From Marsupella aquatica (lineage: Eukaryota; Plantae; Marchantiophyta): a stretch of 64,000 nucleotides of DNA. Every line of letters starts with the position of its first letter. Position 1 is the stretch's first letter. The position numbers and the translations under genes were made by a program. Shown here piece after piece: positions 24,166-37,291 of this stretch. The stretch is taken from NCBI GenBank assembly GCA_973895155.1, contig OZ316893.1:19906857-19970856 (forward strand). Reading direction: 5' to 3'. The notes below the pieces were generated by a model. It had not been told where the DNA came from. It made no database searches and saw only the letters and a program-made list of their open reading frames with translations.

Positions 24166-26046
24166 GCTAGTACAAACAGCGCAACAACATTGAGTAAATG
24201 ACAAAGCTAAACAATAAAAGCCTTTCTAAGCAAACTCTATAAATCCTATTTGCTACTCACGTGTTTCCTTATGTTTGCGGGAGACTGTTGTCTTCCCCTA
24301 AACACAGAGCCCGGGTGTTGTGTTCATATAAGGGCCTTTTTGGGTCCCATAATTAAAAGGTACTTTGAACTCCAACACTAAGTCCATTTGACACAACATC
24401 CCAGGCATTGTATTATAATTGGGTGTTGTGTTCAAGTTGATGACATTGAGCACAAAAGGTGTGACTGTCATGAATTCCATGATACAACTCCATACTCTGA
24501 GCCTCATGGTTGTAGTAGGCAGATCAAACTTGCCTTCCAGCAACAGGACAAGCTGGCTTTGGTATACGAGGTGAACTTTTCCAAGCCGCTTTTGCCATGC
24601 GTGACTATTGTGCTCCCAGACAGAAGTGTTTTAATTTTGGGAAAACGGGGGGCATCTAATTAGTAAGTTGTGTTTATGATATTTTTTATGTCAAATTGAA
24701 AACAAACAGGACTGTTTGGAGCAAATTTTACAAGAAGAGTTACTAACCCTAGATAGCTCACTCCATGACCTGCTGCATGTCATACCTATGTTTTACCAAG
24801 TGATAATATAGTAGATTTAGTATTATGGGTTTAAGGTCTTGTCTTTTATTACAAATTTGCTTGGGGTTTATTTCTGCAAAAATGGCATATCAGGTGCAAC
24901 AAAGCATAGGGTTATTTAATTGATTCTAAGGGCAAATTACAATTTGTTTCAAGAGCTTTAGGGTTTTTTTAAATCCAATTTTGAGACTTATTAGGAAAGA
25001 TAATGTCTCTGAACTTGACATTTAAGAATATTTCAAGAATGTTCCCAAATATAGGGTACTTAACTTAAAAATAAGAACTTTTTTTAAAGCATTAGGGGGT
25101 ACTTGACCTAAATTGCCGTAGGTGATGTGAGTGGGCTTCAGATCGTGAGACCAAGGAGCAAATTTGTACTCTCCTCTTTTGTGATTTCAGTGTTTGAATT
25201 GTCACAGGTAGGGTGTGGTGTGACTGACGTACTTACCTGTTGACTTGTTATTACAATGACACCCTTTAGTGAAATTAATATCATAATGTTGTTACTCTTC
25301 TGCCTAAATAGTCTCACACACATTAATAAGGGTGTGACTGCAAGTATGAAAGTATAAATTTATTATTTACTTTTGGTACATATTCATTTTGATTGTACTT
25401 AGAACCTGAGTTTCAATTGATCATATTATAAAATGTTCGAATTGTAATTGACATTTATTTTTCATTTTATATGCCTTCGCAAATACATCAGACGGTTGGA
25501 AAATTTTGTACCTTTCATGTGTTAAATACATTCAGTGTCCAACTCTCACTTGTTAGATTATTATACATACATTATTCAGGGTAACATGCATTACAACTCT
25601 TTGTAAGCTAATAGTGTGTGAGAATGTTATTGCAGTAATTACTGTCATTTTCAAGATTAGTTCTTTTTTTCCTTTTTTTCCTTTTCTTTGTGGGATTTGC
25701 ATTGCAGGAGTTATCGCATAGCTATGGTTAAAGTGAGTTTTGGTAGTTTGGGCCAATGATTTGAAAAGTTTATTAACAACTTTCAGGAGATAGTAGTTAA
25801 CATTAGCCAGTGTTTTCACTTGCTGTGTCATGAACTTTGCAACTATCGAGAGATTGTCAAATTTGATTAGCTAATTTGAGGATCCACTATCCAGCTTGGT
25901 AGTTATTTGGCAACCAAGGGCACAGTAGCCAAAGCTGCTTGGTATCGCGGTACACTGGTATTTGTTTGGCAACATACAGTGACATAGTATTCGCATAGTA
26001 GTAAGTTGACACTTATCTTGAAAGTCAGCTATACAGTCATGAAAGT

Positions 26047-26190
26047 AATACAATTGTCTGGTTGTTAGAATGGCCGTCAGCCACATTCAGCGTCTTTTCT
26101 TATTATCTGGTCGAAGTCACTTCCAGCTACAAGTGGTACAATTGTCTAGTGGTTAGAATGGCCGTCGGCCAAACTCCGCATCTTTTCTGC
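26047..26190. repeat. Diverged direct duplication with ~90-bp period
   Basis: tacaattgtctggttgttagaatggccgtcagccacattcagcgtcttttct versus tacaattgtctagtggttagaatggccgtcggccaaactccgcatcttttct. Confidence 0.7.
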
Positions 26191-27638
26191 TTGGATTTTT
26201 CTTAGCGAGTACTCGGTCGACGAGAAACTTCTCACAATCGCAAATTCTTCACTCACACTATTTTTACAAATATGGCCTAAGCGGTCCCTAGAGCGCCATG
26301 CAACGAGGGGACAACGGAGGAGAGTGCGTGATTGTAGTTGGGGTAAAAAAAAATCCTACTTGGTGTTTTCGCTGTTGGTTGGCAAGTGAGAAATTTAGCA
26401 CGTTTACCCTGCGCTGCATCCTACAAATCATTTCTTCACCCTCCCCTCCTCACAGAGAAAACAATAGACTTTAGTGCCTCTCTTCGTCTCACCTCACTGC
26501 TCACCTTCGATGTCGTCTGCCCTTTTCTGTCTTCAATTTACGTTTGAAACATGGTCTTCATATGCACAAGTGATCGACCTTTCTTCTCAGTATAGTGGGC
26601 AGTGGATTTTGTTCAGTTTTTGTTAACTCTTTTAGTCACCAGCCTGGTCATTAATGAAAAGACCACACTCGATGATTTTTTGGTACATGCACATGAATGT
26701 TCATCATGCAAAGCAGAAATAGTACACACTATTTTCCCGGAAAAGAAGGGGTACCGTGAATTTATTGCACAACATGCAGTACTTTTGAGAATGTGAGAGA
26801 TCCTACAGAAGCTTCGAATATCATACCGGTAATTAGTTCACACAAAAATGAATCATATAAACAAATTCGAAGCAAGCAGTTTCTGGAAATGGGGTATATC
26901 AAATCACACACGACAGCCTGAAAAACTCGGTAGGTGAAATGGCCTAGACAAATGAAATAACCCCCAAAAAGTCAGATCTGCTAAAAATGATGTTACGCAA
27001 GATATACCAAATACCGGGAAACATAGACGAGAATTTTTTAATATCTTATGGGCCAACAGCGAAACTTTCCAAACAAGTTAAATAACTTTTTCACACTTGA
27101 AACGTGAACAAGTTGCCACAGATTAATCATACTATTGCTTCTCCTCACACAAGCAAAAGTCCTCAGCCTTAAATTACCTGTTTGAAGATTAACACTGGTT
27201 CATAGTTCAAGCACCAGCACTTAACAACATCGAGGCAAGTGCAATTTATAACATCCAGTTGGACCTCGCCCTGCACACAATTTGTGTCAAATCGTATCCG
27301 AAACCGAGCGAACAAGTTGTCGGGCCGGCATTTACATTCGATCGAATTCCAGTTGCCACAAGAAAACTGATTTCACACTTTTCGTGCACAAATGATCAAC
27401 AGGACTCAAATGAACGTGAAACAACATCCCATTTTTCCAACTGCTTGAAAAGTAACCATAATTTTGTTTGAAGGCAAGCGCGACTCTATTTGCATTTGTC
27501 CATTTTTGGACAGATCGTTCGGAGAGGATTTGAAAACGCAGAGCCACTTGCCAATCGTCCTCATTGCTTTGAGATGCTGAGACCTCCTTATAGACCATAT
27601 GGCCTGCGCGAAGGAAACTTAGGACGGCTGAAAACGCT

Positions 27639-27692
27639 GCCCTGGAAGCCCCACAGCCCTGGAAGCCCCCACAGCCCTGGGAGCCCCCACAG
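27639..27692. repeat. 18-bp minisatellite, 3 copies, downstream of the synaptotagmin-like gene
   Basis: gccctggaagccccaca repeated three times. Confidence 0.85.
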
Positions 27693-28168
27693 GCCTAGCT
27701 CGCACCGCTCAACCATCAGGATTATCGACCATTGGCGGGGACAGACACGAGACGGCTGCACCAACCAATGGGATGATTGCCACAACCGTGTACAATATCT
27801 CGAACGGGATGCGTTGATGACTGCACATCCTGGTGAGGTCTCTCGGGCATAATTTAACTAAATGCCGACAAAGACAACTTTTCCTAAACTCTTCTCCCAA
27901 TTGCAAATTTCTAACTGGACAGACAAATTACAATCAACCACACGTGGGGAACTCCCTAAAGATGCCCAGCATTGAACTTCACCACACAAAATATATACAT
28001 CTACACGCACCTGCTGCTGCAGTAATGTACGTAGTCTCAAACCCATCTGGGAACTGATGGCAAATCTGTACTCGCGAATATTTTGTGCTGTGCTTCTAGC
28101 ATCGTTACTAGCATTCTTTGTTTCTAGCATCGTTACTCCGAGTTCTAGACATTTCGTGTCTCGACAAT

Positions 28169-31100
28169 CTACAGATGCGGTTCATCTCCAAGCAAACTAT
28201 TGGAACTTCCCTTCGTGGAACTAGACCCTTTGTCATCATGCTGAGATTTGTTAACAGCCTCTCTCCTCGGATCAGTATCAGGCAACGGTTTGTAGATGAC
28301 AAGCACGTGAACTCGTCCTCTTGATTGGTCTTGACTTGATGAATGTGGGTCCTCCATCATGTCCAGCCAAATATCTTCAGCAACACCTGGTTTCATCTGA
28401 TTTCCACCCCAAAACACATATCGAAACGGTAACGTTGTTAGCACTTGCCCCACTTCCCAGCCCCTACTCTACGCAAATGCCCCCCTTCCACAGGAAAAAA
28501 CAAACCATACTAAAATGCTCGTTTGTGAAGACAGGAAGAGCTCATTGTCAATACCTACGTGGAAGTACAAGAGTGCATAGTATTCCTAGAAAAGGTGTCA
28601 AGAAGAGAACATGAGGTCATTCGGGTCCTCAATCATCATGAAAGAACAATGAAGAATAGCTTTCAGCACGGTATGTGAAACTTTATAGATCAGGTTTGTT
28701 CCAAACCGAAGAGTAAACCAGTTGCATTGCTTCACAAGAAGAGATGTGAGGGACATACATCAGCAAGTTTGTACTCTGCCGAACCGATGTACTGTGATTT
28801 CTCCACGGACTCGTCGTCCATCAACCGTACTGTCAGAGTTTGTACACCTTTATCTTCAACCTTAACATGACCAACAAACCCATCCACATTTGAAATACAT
28901 CTGTCAGGAAGACCTCACCAATAATTTTAAAAACATCTTCAGCCATTCTTAAAATGTCGGTACGATCAGCTTTGGCAATAAATCAGATGCCTGGCTTGCC
29001 AGATTTTCATGCTAAAATGACATGCATTGATCGGAGTTAGTTTCGAGGAGAGTATGTTCAAAAACCTCCAATATGAAACCTTCATTCCAGATAGCATTTT
29101 TCTTATTTTTCTTGGTACTGCTCCGTTTGATTTTGTCTGCTTTCTGTCGGACATAAAACAGGCAAAAAGGATCGGATTTTCCAAGGACATCGGTTTTCAT
29201 GATATCTTGTGCTTCAATCAAGGTCACGTCCAACTCTGCAATCGGATGCAATTCCAAATGGCTGCACGAACAAATGCAATTTGAGTTTAAAATTTCAACA
29301 AAAAACCAGAAACAAAGTGGAGCACCAATAACGTCTAGCTTGTAATTACGTTTAGCTGTTTTGGAACCCTGTTTTGGAACCTTCTTGGATTGGCCAACCT
29401 GCAAATCCGTTTGCGACACCTCTAGACATATTACCGGAATGGTATTTTTTCCTAGTCTTCCAAAGCCTTCGTACAGTACCTAATAAAATTGTTGGGTGTC
29501 CTCCCAAGAAAAACTGTTTGTTTCTTTACCTTCCCCTCTCTCTTCTGGGTCAATCGAGCGGGTACATACAAATCTGAAGAATAGGTAATCGATCTTGTGA
29601 TTCATATGACTTCATATCTGGTGCCTTGTCAGCTATTTCCAAGTGAGAAACGAGAATCAAGCACGTAGCAGTACCTCCAATCTCCGGGTGCGACAGGAAC
29701 CACTATCCGACACGGCCACACCATAGAGTCCATCAAAGCCGTTCGAATTGCGTCCTGAAGTTTCGGCACACGTCAATGTACATGAGTAGGCTTCTTTATT
29801 TAGCCAAAGAACCCGCTGATTGAAAAGAGATCAGTCGAATCTGTATGCACTAGCTACTTCGAAATTCATAGTTCGTTGCGGTCCACAAGGATCAGAAAAT
29901 CAAGTCTCCACATATCATCGTCTGGAACGGCGCGAGTTGCAGGAAAGTAAGATTCACGAAGCATGGAGGAATGAGCTCAAATAATTGAGAAAGTTACATC
30001 AATCAACTTGTCCACACCGGGAACCGCGTCCATGCTTCCTCCAAGAAACTTGAGATTGAAATCGATATCAGGCTGCAAAGAAACAAAATACAAATCAGAC
30101 AGTTAGACTAGAGTATATAGCTTCATTTAAGAAACAGAAAACTGGCAACTGCGAAAGAAATATTCGTTTCAATGCGATATCCGTCAACTGCAAATTAAGC
30201 ACAAGGATAACAATACGAATTTTACAAAATCCCCAACTTTACCACGATCGCAGTAATCAATTCATTCAACTGGCGTATAAATCAACTGAAGTTGCAATGT
30301 ACTGCAATTGTGAAGTTCGAAAGAGCTTGTACTCACAGCCTCAGTGAAAGACAGCAAAACCGCACCAAACGGGGGAACTTGTTCCAAAAGAGGCTTCATA
30401 ATAAATTTCAAAGTTCCACTGACGTGAATATCCTTCACCTGTTCGTGATAACGTGAGTACGTGTTCTCACCAAAATGAGTCTCTCAGTTGCATTCAGCAA
30501 AAACAATAAACTTTTGAAAGCAATTTCGTCTTAAAATTGAATAAAAAACTTTTAACTAATTTGAAAATTCACGTGAGTGTAAAAACTACGAAATTACAAT
30601 TAGAGAAAATAAAGCAATGATTCGAGTACCAAAGATTCCGGAAGACAACTCAATAGAAAAGTTTTCGTGGTGACAATCTGCTTTGTCGCTGACCCAAAGA
30701 ACAAGACAACTTACCCTCACTTTGAAATCGGGACCTGTATTTTCAATCTTTAAAACAAGGTTGTCGTTATCAGGGGTCCATTGAAACATGGTTTCCAATA
30801 CCGTTTCATCTTCTTCACCTGCTGAAACTTTGATTCCTGAATATGATATAAAGATAGCCAGAGAACAATTTCAGAATTCAAAAACGAGGTGCACTATACA
30901 GAAATGGCTGTGTCCTCCTTAGGGTGACAGCCCATGATAAATCTAACACCCTGTAAGATTAAGAAAACTACTGAATAAGTGATTCAGACTATGGAAATCT
31001 AAAGAACTTTTCCAAGTCTCGATTCTATGAAGGCATTCAATTTAGGTATCTTATCTTCAAACTTACCATCAAAGCGAGGTGCCTTGCTTCCAAGGGAGAG

Positions 31101-32336
31101 ATTCTGCAAGCTGAATTTCTGGATGACACCCATAGCGTACTGGTTCAACAAAGGTTGAAGCTGAGCCTTCAATATTTCAGATATAGCCTGCACGCCACAC
31201 GAAATAACTTTGAGCAGACGACGTAAATGTTTCCACCAAATCTAACATACAATGCCGTTCGAAGCTCCTGTTGCAGTAGACACGACTTTTCACACTTCGA
31301 AGGAGGAACAACACAGAAATGAAGACATCGTTTCCAAACTTGACCTATCTCATCGCCACACCAAATGCTGAAATCTGGTTCATGGCCTCAGAATACTCAC
31401 CTTATCGAGGAATGGCCAGATTATATCCATCTGCTTATTCAACCATTCGACCTGCAGTCAACCAAAAAGGAGTTTTCAAAGAAAGGAGCAAATACTAGAG
31501 ATGTACAAATCACCGATCGACAGGCAGCATAAGTAGCTCGTGAGATAAAGACTTTGTTATAGCGAATTAAAAAAAGCACTTGGCGAACCTACCTTGTCGA
31601 AGTCTGTGAAAACTGCCCAATCCGGAAAGCTCTGACCCTCTTCTATTAATCGCTTCACGTCGTCATGCTTCAACTCTGACAGCTGACTTATTTGCAAAGT
31701 CTGCGTTCCACACACCGGTTAGAATAAGGTGATGTGAAGCCCAGGTTATGTGAAAACCGAATGGTCAGTTAGACATCTACAAAGCTAGATGACTGAAATA
31801 ATCTATGAACTCCTCTATGTACCTGTTAACCTTCTGTTCTGGAACTTCTCGTTGGAGAAGAAAACCAAGTCAAACTAGTCTGAGAGTGTTAAAGAGTAAT
31901 CGTCCAAGAGAGTAATCTTGTACACGAGACTTAAACGACCAGTCTAACGAAAACTAACTTGTCCCTGGAGGAGAATTCATTACCGGTCGCAAAAAACCAC
32001 GGGTCATGTAGAAATTCTGAGCATCTTGTGGGAAGAGAGAATCGAAGACTTTCGGCACAGTATCAATACCTTCTGTCTGCGCACAGTGGAACGATGAACC
32101 TCAAACAGCTGGAAGGCGAACATCCCGAGTAGACCAGCAAAGACTCCCATAACAACCTGACTCGTGAATGAGAAGGTAGAAACGTAGAGGAGACTTGAGA
32201 TCGCAACTGGCAGCAGCCCCACTGCCATGGCCAAGGGTACCCTGACATTTGCAAACCTCAACATCTCGTGGTCTAATATGCCTGTATCATCTTGCGTCTT
32301 CCCTGTCGTGTTCAAGGTAGCCCCCCTGCTCGCCAT
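28169..32336 (-). CDS. Plant synaptotagmin-like protein (N-terminal TM, SMP domain, one C2 domain), ~483 aa
   Basis: Phase-consistent exons (-): 32070-32336, 31593-31700, 31401-31451, 31067-31187, 30715-30836, 30337-30438, 29998-30072, 29675-29754, 29066-29261, 28759-28860, 28169-28396. Motifs: [84 protein letters not shown]. Confidence 0.88.
29340..29503 (+). pseudogene. petD: NUPT: plastid petD (cytochrome b6f subunit IV) fragment inside a synaptotagmin intron
   Basis: Translates to LAVLEP...[37 protein letters not shown], matching the petD PEWY region ([40 protein letters not shown]); contains indels. Confidence 0.9.
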
Positions 32337-33706
32337 ATTGATTCACTAACCCCTCACCGCCGGGCTGTTTCTGCGTCAACTAGATTGATGAAGAACCACT
32401 CCTTGCGGACCTCCTCCTAGCTACAGAGGTCCAGTCCTTTTGTGAGTCGTCTGGAGTAGCCACTGCCTTCAGATAATCCCTACAGACAAAGGCTCTTCAC
32501 AGTAAGTCCAACAGTCTTTCTGTTTTGGTGTCATCTACAAAACGTTTACAACCAGGGGGCCGTCAGCTATGACTCCGTATCGTTGCCGTGTTGTGTATTT
32601 TTGTTTCAATTCCAACTAAATTAGGAGTCTTCGAGATGGACGCAGAAATGCTTTGGCTCGAGGGGGGGATTTCTTCGCCATTCATCATGGACAGGGGTAT
32701 GGCATTATGGAGCAATTGTCCTCAAAATATCGAACACGAGACTCCGAAATCTTACGTCTTTGACCGGATTGGACGACTGCAACCCTTGAAAGACGCCACA
32801 CCGAAAAAACTTTTCTTCTTTATGAGAGAATTCGGGCGTACACAGGCAACGCTGCTCTGGCTACATGGCGATCTCAGGAGCATCACAGGGAGCTTTCGTC
32901 GTCACTTTTCTGGGTAACAAAGCTGGAGAACTAGGAGCACTATCAGCAAGCACCCCTCAGAAATGTGCATGTCTAACGAGCTTGTGCTTGAGGTAACCCT
33001 ATGTGCCGGTGCTATCTGTAAAAAACTTTAGCGAGATTCAATGAGAAGCTTCTTTCTAATCCCGGATCTCACATCTGAGAGAATTGGGCCAATGAGAACA
33101 ATCTCCTAGACGGCTAGAACGGACCGCCACACCTAAGCAACTGTAGAACAAGAATCATCCGGTCAGACGGAAGGACCGGAAGAACCATTTCATCAGATTA
33201 GAAAAGTCAATTGCGAACTTCGGCTGCAAGTGACTCTCCGGAATCACATATTCTGTAGTTTAGTGAACAACCTTCCCCTGCTTATACGGCCTCGCTAATG
33301 AAGTTATCACACTCCAAACTTCACGCCAATACCGGATCTCCACAAGCAGGCTTGCTCCGGGGCACTAACGAAATACTCAATAACTACAAAAATTGTCCAG
33401 AACACAGTATCATCATCAATTTTCCGCGGCGTGCTGCAGAGCATGGTTTACAGAAATCCGGGATCGAGCTCAAATACAACATCATAGAAGGCTTTCCGGC
33501 AAAAAAGACTAGTGCCCAAAGCAGTGACCAGTGCTCGTGAAAACGAACTCTTTTCTGTCTCCCTCCTCTCCTTTGCAGCAATGCGGCGGCGGTTACTTTG
33601 TCTAGACTTTCCGTTTCCACCCTATTTCTTCCGCGAACGGAAAGAAATTGGCCCGAAGGATAACCCCCCTTAACGGACGGCACCAGTTGCAATTTAAACC
33701 GTCTAG

Positions 33707-33745
33707 CTCCACTCCACTCCACTCCACTCCACTCCACTCCATTCC
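33707..33745. repeat. (CCACT)n pentanucleotide microsatellite
   Basis: ctccactccactccactccactccactccactccattcca; probably in a 5' UTR intron of the synaptotagmin-like gene (candidate donor at ~33781, acceptor at ~32480). Confidence 0.85.
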
Positions 33746-36163
33746 ATGACAGTCATACCATTGCAGCACTCATTCTCTCACCTTGGCCCCTCCTCGATCT
33801 CGATTCCCGCCGCAGCAACAGCAGCAGCACTACACCCAATCGTTTCAAAATCCACCAATGTGCGCAGCGGAGGAAACGAACTTCTCTTCTCTCCCGATTG
33901 ATGGATCGATCGTCGATCCGAAAACTTCTTTATCCGACTCAGAACGCAGAAATGTCCGGCAGCACAGTAGTAAAGCAGTGTCCTATCAAGGCAGGGAAAA
34001 TAATGACGCAATCAAAGTTTCGGACACCAAGAATCAATCAATCAATCAAAGCTTTCAGAGTGAAATGGCGCGACATCACTCCGTGGGCCTGAAACATTAA
34101 TCTATGTACGGAATTGGTGAAATCCACGCCACTTTATTCGATTGCAATGAGCGCAGCGAGGTACAGAAGCATCAATCCTCTGCTTCAGCTCACGATTCTA
34201 GTCCAACAACCAAATTCCGGATGATCGAGCTACAAATCCAGTTTGTAATGCGAAATTGAGAGAGAGACACATGTCTGAAACGGGATGTGGTGGCGTTGAG
34301 TTTGATCCATTTTGCGCGGTGTTTTCGACGGCGATGAGGGGGAGGGGAGAGCGGACGTGGCATGTCGGCAGTGGAACAACTGGCAGGGGTTCCGGTTGAG
34401 GGCGAATAGAAAAGAGACAGCGTGGCGAGAGGGGAGCAATTGAAACGATGACATGTGTGTTGGAGTACTTTAGCATGCTTCTTTCTATCCATCACCTGCA
34501 CGTGGCAGGCCTAGAGCTTCCTGACTTTCTTCACTAGCTTATGTCTCAATGTCAAACCCTTTATATCATTGTGCCAAAAGAACAAAAAGGGTAAAATAGG
34601 GAGACACAATAATCCCAAAGCTGGATCTGGAGACCCAATTGGGCATCTCAAAAGTAGAGTTGTTGCCTCCGGTTGCAGTCAGCGACGGATTCTCAAGAAA
34701 AAAGTGGTGGACACGAGAATCCATGTCCTGCACACTCCTGAACCGTGACCGAAACTGATAGTTCCGGGAGTCATTTTTTTCGCACAACTGCAAGGTTTGA
34801 GATGCCCTAACAGAGTGTCTCAATCGAGTTTCCCACAATCTGAATGTTGTGGATCGGGTCTCAAGCAAAAATATGTGGTATCTGAAAAGGGCTACCACCA
34901 CTACCTTGGGCAGTCCGCACCAAAGTTGGTCCCAGAGATGGACTGTGTTGAAGCCCTTCAGAAAAAATGACCAGATTCTATAATGTGATTAATTGAATTA
35001 AAGCTTCCGTGGGTGTTATGACCTGTCTCAAGCCAAACTCCCCTGGTTAAGTTTTCCCAGGAGTTCAGTTTTGATCACCTTGATGGATGGACATTTCTTG
35101 AAGTGGCTGACCAAAAAATAATGGGAATAGCTCTTTTAAGACTCCCTATTAAAGGAAAGAAAATAAGAGAAAACCCAGGACTAATAAAAAGCCAAAGGCT
35201 GGAGAGCCTCACTAAAGCACAGGAACTTTACTCCTACTAAACAATAAACAGAAACAATTTTGATTACTTTGCACTAAAGATGTTCCAATTGACAATATTG
35301 TCTTCATCTTTATTGTATTCATATTCATAAATAGGTCATGGTTTTTGTATACGAACAAAAATCACCTATGCGCCCAAGGTAAACCACATACATAGTTGGT
35401 GTTGTATTTGAATATACAACAAAAATAGGGATAATATTGTCATTTGGAAAACTTTAGAGGCATGGCTAAACTAAACCCAAAGAGGCATGGTTGTGTGGTA
35501 GCTCACTTGAGTAGTGACTCATAGTTCTTGGGTTCAAATGTTGTGACTGTGCCCTTTTTGTGGGGTTTCACAGATTTCCCTTTAATATTTTTAAAAATCT
35601 TTAAAGTTGTAAACTCAAAAAGCTCGATAAAGCTTTGGAGTAAACGGCATACTAGGTTTTGCCATTGATTAGAGAATCTCTTACTCCCATTTGAATCCGC
35701 TCAATCATAAAATGGCTAACAAAGGAATTCTTTTCAACCTGTTTTGGGATTTAGTGAGAGGCAAAAAAAATCAAAAGTTCTATAACTTGATCTGTCTGAA
35801 ATCAATTTTAATTCTTATAATATTGTAAATACCTTACAATAAAAATTGGATACATACATGCCCCTTTGTAAATCCTCTATATTCTTACAAGTGTAGCATA
35901 CACTCCCCAAGGATTTGGCAATGAGTGAATAACAAACTCCAATGTGCCATTTGGAAGGTAATAACAAAGTTAAATCTAATGTGCCATTACTTAATAATTG
36001 TAAAAAACCATTGGCTTAGACTAGGCAGCAAATGTAGAAATTGAGAGCACTCTCAATCATATGCTACACCAACAAGACACCGCAAGTGTAGAAACTAATG
36101 AAGGATCCATACCATATGAGACTACATGTGATGAATGAGGGAAACAATAGTATCCTGGTATTA

Positions 36164-37291
36164 GAGCATCTCCAACGGTGCCTGCAAAGAGCTCCGTAAC
36201 CCGCAAACCCCGGAGTAGCGGCTGTTTTTTGGAGAAAAGCATGTCCAACGGTGACCGCTTCTGTAAATTTTTGGAGAAAGCCGCTAACTTTCTCGCCTGT
36301 GTGCCGCTACTTTCGGGCAGGAAGGCGGTCGCCATTCCAAGCCCCTCCGCCATCCCCCAAATGAATCCACGGCAGCCAAGTAGCCACGCGGCACTCGCGA
36401 TGCGAAGGAGTACTCGCGCCAGAATTGTGTCCAGATTTCCCGCTTCGACTTTCCATGAACAGTGATTGTTGTGGGACACAGGAGTTGTCGTGCAAACCTG
36501 ACATTGCACACGAGAATTTCAGTGACATTGCGCGTACAAAGTTGAAAGTTGTGAGACAATGGCAGCAAGTCGTGGGAAAAATTATGGTGCAGAAGAGCTT
36601 AAACAATTGTGCTACAGTGTTCTTCATGTGTCCCAAGATCCCTGCGTTGGTGCAGGGCAGAGGGCTGAGAGATTTTGGGACCGGGTCTAGACCCTCCATG
36701 CTTTCTTTTCCTTGACTGTTGGCCCAAATTTGGAATAGAAAGGGGTCCCGTGAACATCATCAAATCCCAAAATCTTTGTTCCTCATCCCAATCAGCTTCC
36801 TCCTCATCCAATTCTTCCTCGAGATCTGCCAGCCACCCTTCGAGGTCCATTTTCGATAGATGAAGCACAGCCTGGTTTGCGAAGACTGATTAATTTTTCC
36901 CAATGAAAACTAGGTAAAGCTGGCCGTAAAGTGAAAGCGAACACCTGAAGGGAAGCACAGAGCACAAATCAACCCCAACAAATTCAAATCGTAGGATCGA
37001 CATGGTTCCTGCGGCTTCCAATTTTGCGAACCGGGAGTCGAGGTCTGCAAGAACCAGAGGGACAGAAAACACACGCAAAACAGCGGGCAGTGTGCCACAA
37101 CCCACTTCACGTTATTTTGGACCAGGTGGGCCCCAGCTCGTACGCACGCTTCATGGGATGGGGGTCAGAATGGGGTGTCCGCCGGTGGGGATTGCGTGGA
37201 AGGGGGCAACTCTCCATTTTGCGCAGGCGCCAAATGATCCGCTATACTATTGGGATAGCGGCGCAAAATCTCCAAACCGTTGGAGATGCTC
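36164..37291 (-). mobile_element. PIF/Harbinger non-autonomous deletion derivative
   Basis: Perfect TIRs gagcatctccaacggt / accgttggagatgctc; TTA target-site duplication at 36161-36163 and 37292-37294. Retains a transposase-like N-terminus (acidic stretch plus RKRKHGGSRPG) at 36599-36850 (-). Confidence 0.9.

Noticed and set aside
27490-27852. 120-aa ORF with PHSPGS repeats
   Set aside because: No ATG start; the repeat comes from an 18-bp minisatellite in the probable synaptotagmin 3' region
29374-29577. Functional nuclear petD gene
   Set aside because: Only a short internal fragment with indels, no transit peptide, and intronic
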